From contig CBFFRQ010000020.1 in NCBI GenBank assembly GCA_965644315.1, forward strand, positions 1-64,000: a DNA stretch of 64,000 bases, in the 5' to 3' direction. Source of the stretch: Caecitellus pseudoparvulus. Lineage: Eukaryota > Protista > Bigyra: Bicosoecida. This document shows, in pieces, positions 42,901 through 54,300 of the stretch. Each line of letters opens with the position of its first letter. Position 1 is the stretch's first letter. The notes beneath the pieces are model-generated. The model was not told the DNA's origin. It saw nothing but the letters and a program-made list of their open reading frames with translations, and did not search any database. A program made the position numbers and the translations under genes.

Positions 42901-45900
42901 GACAAGAGTTCTGGCAGCGCCCCATCCTGCCCAGCCGCGTGGAGCCAGAAGCGTCACACGCATCAGGGTGCAGCTGGAGGTACCCAGTCGTGCCCGTTGG
43001 GCTGGGATCTGAGGCCCAGTTGAGGAAGGTAACCTGCTCAACCAGTTTCGCATCCCCATCAGTTGTCTGCCACTCACCAGCGCCGGCATTCCAGCGCCCG
43101 GAGATCCAAGCCCGTTCACAGCCTGTCAAGATGTTGACGCAAGCGAGTTCATCTGCGTCAGAAATGACACTGAGGCGGCCTTGCGCTCCGTTGAACACCT
43201 TCTTGCGAGCTTCGATGCTGGCTCGCTCATACGTGATCTCCGGGGAGTACACGAACTGATACATCTTGCCAGAAGCGGGGCAGAAACGTGGAGTCCGCAC
43301 ATCTTCTCGACTCTCAACGACCTTGATGTCAGACACCGTAAACGCTGCTGTGTGCCCGGTATTTGCCATGGCTCGGAACACCAGTGGCTTGTCGTGGTGT
43401 TGCAGCTCTTGGGTCTCAAGCACCTCGTTGTCGGGGATGATTCGCGAGCGGTTGAGCATAAGCACGTTGTTCTCATACACCTGCACCTGGTCCTCAGTCA
43501 CAAAGCATTGCACCTGTGCAGAATGACCCGCAGAAGTCATGACAGACTCAGCAACCACGGTGCTTTCGGAAGACGCCAATGCCTGCACTTGAGCCAAGGT
43601 CAGGGGCACTGGGTACGCCTGGAAGTTCCGAATGGAGTTGTGCTGTGAGTTGCTTTGGCAGCGCCCAAACCCGAAGGTTCGGGGGCCTGCGTTCACAATG
43701 TTCGGGTGGAACATGTCGCGGCCGCTCAAGCTGGTAGCACACACGCTGCGGCCGTTATAGTAGACCTGCAACAAGCCGGGGCGCAGGACGATGGTAATGT
43801 GGGTCCAAACTCCCAGTTCCAGCTCTTCTGCGGGATCGCAGCCATTGTTCCAGTGCAGTTCTTCAGCCTTGCGAACGTGCACGTTGGATCGATACGGCCT
43901 CACCCAGACTGCGGGCTGGCGATCGCGCCCACCCGAAACCTCCCCTAGGTCTGTCTCAGTATAGCTTGCCGAGCAGCCCCGGAAGAAAATGCCACCCCAG
44001 TACCACGTTGTCTCGGTAATTTTGAACCAGAACGCGTATGACATGCCACCCGTGTGCCAGTCCTGGACTCGCTGCAGATTCCACGTCCTGTCTGTAGCAA
44101 GAGTGAACTCTTTGGAAGGCACCGGGTCATCTGTTTCATACTCATCGAAGTCTGAGGGAGGGCGCTGCGCGGAGTCGGTTCGGAACAGGTACAGCCACTT
44201 GTCCTCATCATTGTTGTACTGCAAGCGGACTTCGTCGGAGCACATGTGCAGGGAGGGCACAGTCGCCTGTGAGCCGTTCGTAGAAGCGCCCAGCTGAACG
44301 GTAAAGCTTGCGTGGTACTCCCGGGCATACTTCTCTGCGGTTTGTGCAGTGGCTGTGACACGGGCATCGCCAGACATGATGCCTCGCACATCTGGCACGA
44401 TGTCGATGCCGGCATCCACTGTGCCGGAAAACTGCAGCTCATTGCTGGAGCCAGTTGCTGCAACTGCCACCTGCAGGCCACCGCTGGGGGCAGCTTGAGT
44501 TTCCCACGACGCTTGATTCGGGGAGGAGTCCGATGTGACGTCAAGAATGCGAGAAGCGCCACCGCGAGACGTGGCAGTCAGCGACGGGCAGGACCTGGGC
44601 TCTTCACCAATGCCGGCGTTCAGGAGCATGACGTCATCGACGAACACTTCGGCGGACTGCTGAGGAGCAATGGTTGCGAGCACAATGGTGACGCCCGTTG
44701 GCAGCCTGGCCCCGAAGCCATACTTCTTCCCGAAGATGCCCTGCATGGTAAAGGACTTCTTGGACCACTCGTCAACTGGAGAATATGTCAACTCGTCACA
44801 CAGCCCAAGCTCTTGCGCACCATTCACGCAGATGCGCACGAACTTGCGGTGAGCAGGGTTCTCAGAGGCCTGGATGTCATCACACCCTTCGTTCATGATG
44901 AAGCATGGGTGGTTGGGACGAATGTTGGCGAGGCCGTCATCCGCAACGAGAATCCAAAGGGGGACGCCCATGTAGAAGGGCTCTCGACGAACGCGCACGG
45001 AGAAGGTGAAGAGCGTGGTGCTGTTGATGTTCAGGCCACTCACCGTGCGCCGGCCGTACGGGAAGCTCGCATCAAGCAGCTCGCCACGCTTCTGGCGCAG
45101 CAACGCGGGAAAGGTGGCATCATTAGAGGGAGCAAGCCAGCCTTGTTCTTCCAGGCTGGAGTCATCACTGGGCAACCGGGCGAGAAAGTTGGCGTTTTGC
45201 ACCACCCGCTGGTAGCGCAGGGGGTGCTCAGAAACACCACTGGCATCGGTCATGTACGCCCCCCACTTGTGCGCAAGGTACAGCTCAACATTCATGCGCT
45301 CTGCGTTCGTCAGCACCCTGCGATACATGAGGATCTCCCCCACCTGTCCGCTCGTGTAGCCTTGGTCGTAGTAGCCGTACGAGCCCATGCTCAGCACTCC
45401 GATGTCACGGTATGCGTTGATGTCTCCGTTGATGTAGGAGCCCACAGATACCCCACCCACCCACGCACGGTTGAGGTTGGCATCGGCCTCCAGGCATGCG
45501 ACACCCCAGTAGTACGCATAGTCACGCGAGTCCAGCGAGTAATCGTTGGTGCGGTGATTTCCGGGCCAACGGTTAAAATTGTACACTCCCCTGTAGTTGC
45601 CAGAGTACACCCCGATGATGAAACTATGCAGAGAGCTCTGAAGAAGCCTGTTAAACGAGCCGCCATCTGGAGTGCGGCTGTCCACGACACACATGGTGAA
45701 GGGGCGCAGGGGTTCCACCGACTCACTTTGCCAGCGCATGCCACCATCGGGTGGGGTGTTGCGCACAGCTGGCATACCGACCTCCGCAGCGTGGGTTGCT
45801 GCCTCCCACTGCCAGTTGCCGTTGCTGAACCTGTCCGGGTCGTGGTCCAACACAAGGGTTGGTCGGGCGGTGCCAGATGAAGAGCCTTGGAAGGCAGCCA

Positions 45901-47923
45901 GCGACTGCCCGGCCCATGTATCAATGCGGGCACCGTCAACACTCAGAGGCAAGCCCGCATCTGCCTTCATCCACATCGCTGGCCCTGGTGGGATACCAGG
46001 GCAGTGCCTGGTGATTTGCAGGTCAGTCGCGAACAGCCGGCCTCGCGTGTGGCCGACACCCTGAAGGGAGAAGGCCAGCGCCCGCACGGGGACAGTCGAG
46101 GTCAGGTCCAAGTGGACGTACTGCCAAACGCCTCGTTGTGAAGGAAGGGATGCCATCCCCATGCTGGACGTGATGACTGTGCCAGATGCGTCCAGGAGCT
46201 CCGCCCGCACCACGTCAGTGTTGGAGGCATCCCACGCTGTCTCAACGAAGAGGTATGCAGAAACTCGGTAAGTTTCTGACGAGGAGCCGGAAGGCCACAG
46301 CGTTTCATTCCACAGCGCGTGGACACGTGGGAGAAATGTGCGCCTCTCCCACACAGTGTACTGGGCAGTTCCCGAGCTTTGGGTGGCCACTGACCCGAGA
46401 GCCAGCACGTGCCCTGTGTTGCCAGGCTCGTTCCCGCCCAGCCCTGTTGACGCCCATGTCACGATTGCCGCGCGGTTGGCAGGCCCGACACGAGTGGGGG
46501 GCATGCCACCGCGGAAAACACCGTTGCCCAGGAAAGCTGGGCAGCCAGTTAGGGTGGCGGCGTGCTCGTCGATCGTGATACGAACTCCGAATTCACCGCC
46601 AGATTTGAAGTCAGGCGCCACATCCCACGTAGACGCAAGGCCATTTGACCCTCGGTACTCCTGCCACCCCCAAGCACTCGCAGCTGCGACGCCTGCCTCA
46701 AAGTCTTCTGAAAAGAGCACCTCACCGCGCTCACAGGAGTCGGAGGAGATGAGATCTTCGCCGTTGCGGCACACCCAGTTGGGCTCCACAACACAGGAAG
46801 AGGAGCACCCGTCTCCATCGTCAGCGTTGCCATCGTCGCACGCCTCCCCACCAGTGCGGACGCCGTCACCACAGATGACGCGGCGGTCGGTGTCCACTGG
46901 GACTCGGCAGGCAGTGGAGCGGCAGCGCAGCCCTCGTGGCGAGCAGGGCGGCCCGGCTGGGTCTGTCACGTGCCGTGCGTTGCCAGACTGGTCCAGGACT
47001 TCCCAGCTGGCGTCCACTTCTTCCCAGTCAAGCTCCAGCTCCAAGCCCGCAGGGATGGGGGAGTCAGGGAGGTCATCGTCAAACATGGAGTCCCGGATGT
47101 CTTGCACGGTGCGAGCGATACTCCAGAATCGGGTGGTGTCCACGATGAAGGCGGCACTGTCAATGGCGTACTGCTCCAGGTTTCCGCCAATCACATGCTC
47201 ACAGCGCGGGCTGGAGGACGGCACTGGCATCTGGCCGACGCTCTTCAGCAAGCCGTCCACGTACAGGCGCCCTTCCGTGCGGGCTGACTCGTACACGGCA
47301 GTCAGGAATACCCACCGGGCTTGTGGGAAGGATTCCGCAGCTGTCAGGCACACTTCATCAGTGCCCCCGTTTCCAGAGTTGTCGATGCACATGCGCAAGC
47401 GCGGGTTCTGCAGGCGCCGGGGCGGGCGGCGTGGTGGGAGTGAGGCGCGGAAAAAGGCGAGCCACAACTCCTGCTGAGTCTGCTCGACGCCACTCACCTC
47501 AGCGCCAAAGAGCCCAATGTGGATGCGTGGTGCGTTGCCAGCAGGGTTCCCCAGGTCGATCATCACGCTCTGCGGGGTGGTGGGGACCAGGGTGCTGGCT
47601 CGTCTCATGCGAGGAGGTGCATGAACTGGCGTTGCTGTGCGCACCTGTTCGAAGTCTGACGTGTGCGCTTCAGTCAGGAAGACCCACGCCTGCGGGAATC
47701 AGGAAGAGGTGCAACTAGTGAAGGAGCATGCCGGCCGAAAGGCGTCAAAAGCTGCACCCACTTCGATGGTGAAGTCGGGGCCGAGAGGGACCGGTGGCAC
47801 TGACACGCGATCAGCACCACCGCCGACAAAGAGTGCTGTGCCGGGATCTGCCGCGATGTGCAGCGGGAAGGCCAACAGAAAGAGCATAGTGCACGCAAGC
47901 ATCCATGCTGAGCGTGGATTCAT
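27953..47923 (-). CDS. Giant (~6,577 aa) 9-TM cadherin-like surface receptor (Nonagonal-type), paralogue A; 4 exons
   Basis: Exons 47762-47923 (signal peptide MNPRSAWMLACTMLFLLAFPLHIAA), 47645-47689, 47498-47569 and 27953-47407. Domain order: LamG-like, CGDG..EACDDGN..GDGCS Cys-rich repeat, further LamG/CBM-like modules, C-type-lectin-like, discoidin-like, ILEI-like, 11 cadherin repeats (xE, DxD, LD/NxE, DxNDxP), PAN/Apple, ~14 IPT/TIG repeats (GxNFG), Cys-rich linker, 9 hydrophobic helices, basic cytoplasmic tail. Confidence 0.9.
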
Positions 47924-48337
47924 GGTACCAGGCTCGAGGGATCCGAGCAAGCAACAACGAGTGCAACGAGCTGGCAGAAGAGGCTTGAAACGCCGCCTCT
48001 TCGCCGGGCTGCCTGCGCAAGCTGAGAGCGCTCTCGGGCGGCTCAGGCCGTTGGATGCCTTGACAATACAAGCACCTTGATGGACGGCTGATCAGCACCG
48101 ACCTGGTGCGATTGCATGTAAAGCTACTGTGGAACGTGTGAGCTTCTGCACACCACGCACAGCTCCGCCCCCTTCCTCCCCCTGCTACCCCCTTCCCGAA
48201 GCGTCCGGTGCGACTCGAACACCGTCAAACCAAATCGTTTTGCCCTAAAGCGTGTCCTAGCGCACTTCATGGCTCCTGAAGGCCTCACCTGGCTTCCGGT
48301 TGGCACGTGGCGTTCAGGTGCATTTCCGCAGGGAACC
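47924..48337. promoter_or_regulatory. Putative bidirectional promoter between the two giant cadherin genes
   Basis: 414 bp separate the divergent start codons at 47923(-) and 48338(+). Inferred from position only; no motif identified. Confidence 0.5.
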
Positions 48338-51300
48338 ATGCGGCTGGCGTCGAGGCTCTTTCTCCTCCTTTGTGGAGCGGTCAGCCTCCTCTCCTCACAA
48401 GCCCAGGAGGGCGTTTTGCTCCTGGACTATGAGTTCGAGAGGGACGAGTTCTCGTCGCTCAGGGCGTCGCCGTTCACGTTCGGCGGCGGTTCGTTCACCA
48501 TCGAGGGTAAGTAAGGCGTTTCGCGTTGCCCGAGCAACTCGCAAGCTCACGCCTTCCCTGGCCGATTCGACCGCAGGGTGGTACTTCTTCCGTGATGATG
48601 CCCCCATTTCCACCATCTGGCACTTCGGGGACGAATTCACCCAGTACAGTGCGTCCGCGCTGACGTGGGAGGTGGCAGGGCCGGCGTTGCCCTGACACGC
48701 CGTTGCCCTTTCCACCCCCACACTTGCGACAGCCCTCTTGCGTGGGGCACCTGCGGACCCGATGTTGCACATGTTGTGCTTCCCCCTCTCACAGTTTCCT
48801 TGGGCTTTAACCGAGACCGCCACCTGGAGTTCTGCATCCGGTCCAGCCCTAGCTCTGCCGGCCTCGCTTGCATTTCCATGGCAAGGCGTCTGCCCCAACG
48901 ATTGTGGACGCATGTAGCCGTCGTCTATGAGACTGGCGTTGGCAGAGCACGCATCCTGCTGGACGGAGTGGTGCAAGCTGCCGGCAGTGGCCTCCCTCAG
49001 CCACCTTCCTCGCAGCGCAAGCTGCATCTCTTCGGCGGACACCCCATCATCCCAAACACGGGCATTTCTGCCATGCTGGACGACATCCGCATGTGGAGCG
49101 TGGCACGGCCCGACAATGAGCTGCGGAATGGCATGGAGTCTTCCATCGCGCCAGGAACGACTGGACTGGAGCTGGTGTACGACTTCGAGACCAGTTCAAA
49201 CGGTTGGACTGTGCAAGACAGCTCTGGCAACTCAAATCGTGGCGGCACGGTGGAGTGTGCATTCCTGCGAGACTCATGTCTGGTGACCTTGGCTGAGTCC
49301 AGCAAGTCTGTGTGCGGAGATGGCAAGCGTGGTGCTGCCGAGGCTTGTGATGACGGGAACGTCGTGAGCGGAGATGGCTGCTCAGCTTCCTGTGCAGTTG
49401 AAGCGTCCTACCTGTGTTTCCAGGGAAGCCCAGGTGGCACTGACCTGTGCATTGACGGCACCACTTTGGACTTCGCGAGGCTGGATGATGCAGCCACGTC
49501 AGCTGCGACGTGGACGTTCGAAGCTGGCACGCGTCCTGGAGCCGCAAGCGAAGTCACTTCCAACGCTCGCTTTGATGGACAGCGAGGCGCACGCCTGTAC
49601 CAGCCGCCCATGCTCTCAAGCACGGGGCGGGACATTATGCCGCGCAATGGCCTCTTCGTCTGGCTGCGTGCCAATGCGGGTGTGTCTCTCAGCGGCAACT
49701 TCGTCTCGCGCTGGGCGGACCAGTCCGGGTCGGGCAACGACATGGTCGTACCCAGTACGGGCGCGCGCACGGGTCCTACGCTTGCTGGCCCCGCCGAGAC
49801 CAAGATGAACACGCCAGCCATTCGGTTTGACCGCGTGGAAGTCGGGCAAGCCCTGCAGTTCGAGAGCGATGCTGTAAGGCTCGAGCTTCCGTACACCATA
49901 GTGCTGCTTTTCCGACACCACACTCGCACAGGTGGGCGCTTGCTGCACTCTCGTGATGGGCAAAACTTCCTCTTTGGTCCAAACGGTGGCAACAACGGCT
50001 GGCATTCGTCTCAAACGGGTTGGGTTCGGTTCAGAGACGGCACCGGCACACACTCAAGGGGATACGACTACTCAGCCACCAACAGGTGGTATGTGCTAGT
50101 GGGTGCTGCAGACACAGGGAACGTGAACCTATTCTTCCGGAATGGAAAGCTGGCTGGTGACTACCGCACTGCCACCCAGGCCGACCCTGGCCGCATTGGC
50201 ATTTCCGACGTTCCTGGTGGCACAAATGCTGGGAAGGCCTCAGCTGAAATCGTGGAGCTTGCCTTCTTCAATCGCACACTGTCCGAGGCTGAAATTCGCG
50301 ATGTGCATCGATACTATGCCGAGACATACAACCTTGCTGTCAGCCCGGCCCTTCCTCAATCTCGGGAGATGTTCCAAGCGACACCAGAGGACTACACGTC
50401 CTTCGCCACGAAAACTTTGTCTGGCACGGTGGGCAGCTCCACGTATTTGCGCTTGTCTGCACAAGCAGCAGCCACTCCTCGCCGCTGGGGCGTTCCTCTT
50501 TGGATCGCGCTATTTGAGGACAGTGGCGGTCCGGCACCGCAGCCGTGGGCTTGCACTGCCCGAAGCACTTGTGCTTCGCGGCGATTTTACTCCATTTGCT
50601 TCGGGTCCGGGTCAACTGAGGCCATGCATTGCGATGAAACCCGTGATGCCCCAGAGGGAACATGGGAACCCATCATGCTCAACGTTTGGAGCAAGTTTGC
50701 TGGGAAATACCGGGCCGACTACAACGGCCCTGCTGCAGGCGACGAGTACTTCAATCCCTCGGCCTCCTTGCGCTTCATGGCTGCCACAGTAGCGAGCGAT
50801 GATGCAGCTGAGGGATTTGTGGATGAAGTTCACTTGTTCAACTTCAACAACCTTGCCCCATGCTCAGAGATTGCCGTTGTGTCCGTCGGCGCTGCAGGTT
50901 ACGCTTCCAGCGTCTTGGCAGACCTGCCCCACACCTACCTTCGGCTGGGAAGTATACCAGAGTCTGACTTGGTTTCAGGACTGAACGGGACTTCCTCTGG
51001 TGGCTCCTCTGTGGCGTTCGCTACCAACCAGGTGCAGGACAATGACGGGGCGTGGTCTGGAGATGTTGGCGTAGACTTTGTGCTCGGACCAGTGCCCACT
51101 TCCTGGAAGGCATCCGCAGACTTTGGATTCGCAGTGGAATTTTGGGTTCGCTTGACCGGCCCCGCATACGGCACAACATCCACCTCACCAGTGGTGTGGT
51201 CACCACTTGTATCAGACAGAGCGGGTGCTGCAAATTGGACCTTTCGCTTCGAGCTTGGCTCGGACATGCGCCTCCGCTTCGGCATCAACACCGACCGAGG

Positions 51301-54300
51301 TGCCAACTGGATCACCACAGACAACCCGCTGTCTGTCGGCTCCCACTTCATCGCCGGAGAATGGGAAGCTGTCACTGGGCACTCCTTCCTGTACCTGGAC
51401 GGCACTGAGCCAGCTTTCAGCACGGTGAGCCACAACGGAAATGCGCACCGTCGCAACACTGGCGCCCTCCTCCACGCTTCCAATCAAGTTCGAGTGGGGT
51501 TTGACGGTACATTCACCCCTGGCGGTGCCAGCTTCAACCAGCCTGTCGTGGTGGACGAATGCGCAGTGTTCGCTACCGCGAAGGGGAGGGCCACCTTTGC
51601 TAACCGATTCCACCGTGTCACGCTTGATCACAACGTGGAGCAGCTCGTTGACGTTGCAGGATCGCCTGCAGAATCACTGGCAAGGTTGAGCTTTGATGGC
51701 ACGAATTATGACGCTGCTTTACCCGGCCTGAGTGTTTGGCGGATTTCCCCCGCCGGGACTCTTGCTTCGGCAACCCCTGAGACCTTCGACATTGTTAACT
51801 CCGACTCGAGCATTGCACAGGCGGCTGTCCATGCCGCCAGGGACTATCTGCTGGACGACTCGCAGGTGCCAGTCAACACAACTGTTGCTGTTTCTTTGAG
51901 CTGGCCCAACCCGGCTCCGAGCTCTCTTCTCTTTGTGGATGACCTGTGGACACCTTTGAGCGACAAAATCCCCAGCACGCGCACTATCGCAGCTTCACTC
52001 AGCAGTGCTGACTCGTACTTGAACGAAAACCGACATGTTCGAAGCTTCTACTACAACATGGACGATGAATTGGCAGAGGCCGACAGGACCTGGCAGGGAG
52101 CGAAGGACTACTGTGAGGACGTGAGGGGTCAGCACATGTGCACATACGACGATATCTGCCGGAACGTAGAGTATCGTGGCGACGACCCTGTCGCCAAGTA
52201 CCCGAATATGGGACACTTCAATGGAGAGGGCTGGCTGCCAGTTGCTGACGAGACCAACCTGTGGATCTCCGTGGGCAACGGCTTCCTCGAGCGGCAGTGC
52301 CGAACGTATAAGTGGGTTTCAGACAATGCCCAAAACTTCCCATACACTCGGGCTGACTACCCTGATTGGGTGACCGCACCCCCTCGCTCAGCCATTGCCT
52401 GCTGCGGGCGGGTGGGTTATTTGACCAGGTACAAGTCTGTCGTCGAATACCCAGATGACACGTCTAAGTGGAACCTGTACCATGAAGATCCCTGGTGGCA
52501 AACTGTCAGCACCAGTATTCGGTCTTACTCGTACTTCTTTGCCCGCCCGAAATCGGGTCCACTCAGTGGCTACTGGACTAGCACAAAGGAAAACTCCGCT
52601 TCCTGCACACACCGTATGCGTGGCATGGTGAAGATCTTGGACATTCCCGAGGCGTACACTTGGACAGATTACACCCTGGAAGTCCGAGTGTACGTGCATG
52701 TTCGCCAAACTGGGCTGGTTTTCCGGTACACGGACCCCCACAACCACTACAAGTTCATGTTCAGCTCGTACACGTACGAATACTGCTCTGCGTTCACTCG
52801 CTACTCTGGATACGACGACGAGCGCAACAACGCCACTGTGTCCGAGACAGGCAGCAGAAAGTGGCAAGACTCCAACTTGCGAGTTGATTTTTACGAGTGG
52901 TTGAATTTGCGCGTGGATGTGTACGGCAACGAGTTCTCTGCCTACGTGAATGACCGCTTGGTGAACTCCTGGGTTGATACCACAAACTCAAACCCCATGG
53001 GCACGATTGGCTTCTTCACTGCCTACAACGCCTACACACAGTTCAGTCGCATCAGGGTGTACAAGCGGAAGCCTGTGGACGTCAAGCCACTGAACTCTGC
53101 ACTCCTGTCGCTGTCCATGCCCCCCCTGTCCTTTACTGAAACTGGTATCGGTGGACAGCCGAACGGGAGGTTCGGGACTGGCTCTTCCTATGCCAGCATC
53201 GGGGTGAAGACTTTGCCAGCTGAGAACAGCACCCAGGTGCACACGTACATGGGCACTGCATACAGAACGAACCTGGAAACTTTGCAACTGCCACGGAATG
53301 CGACGAACATGCCATTTGATGCGCAGACGCTGCGAGTGGGCCAGCGCCCAGCTGCCAAGTTGGGCGGACCAGGAGACGGTGCCGCTATCGTCCAAGCCGC
53401 CCTCGGCTGCCGCCAGCAGAGCGTCAGCATTCCGGAAAACTCTGTGCCGGGTAGCGTCTTGCCCATCCCAGTCCTGTCACAAGCTTCCTCGCGACGTGCT
53501 GTCTCGGACTTCCGTATCGCAGGAGTCGAGCCCGGCACGGAAGTGGCAGAGCTGACCTCAGGCATCGTGAGTCCGTTCCGCGACTCGGTCATTGGAGTGA
53601 TGCCGGAGGATGGAGTCCTCACTGTGAGGCGAAACGTGCTGGACTTCGAAGCCAAGTCCAGCCACACTGTGTCGGTGTCAGCGGGGGTGAACAAGTGGGA
53701 CTCGGGGTGGTTTACAATGATTGGCATGTGCCCTGACAACCCTCTGCAGCCCAGCACCAGCGACTGCTACAGAGAAGTGGCCTTCCCTCCTGAGCTGGCT
53801 GCTGTGATGCAGATGCGTGACCCATCGCTTATGGACGTGCAAGTGCAGCTTCGGGTGGCGGACGGGCCCAACCAAGGGTTCATCTTCACCCCCATGGGTG
53901 CTGCTCCTTGGGCGCGCTATGCGACGTGGTCGTACTGGGGTGGCATGATCATGGGGTACAGCAAGACTCACGTTCGACTGTGGGCACCTTCTTTCCAGTA
54001 CGACGGCAGGGGAGCTGTCATCAACCTAGGCGCTGGTTCAGGTGCCGTGTACGGGCAGAGCAGTGCAGATTACGACCAGGAGAAGAACGTGCAGTTCAGC
54101 CAGGACGTCGAAGTGCGCATCGTTGTGACAGAGGCAGCTGCTCCTGATTTTGACTCAAGCTGGTTTACACTGAACGCTCAGGAGGCCCGCCGTTCTTACA
54201 CCTTCTTGCACCACGGAATGGCCAGGTGGCCAGACCGTGTGAAAGTCTCCGTGCGTGCTGTGGACGGTGCCAACTCGGGGTTTGTATTTGACGCTAAGGG

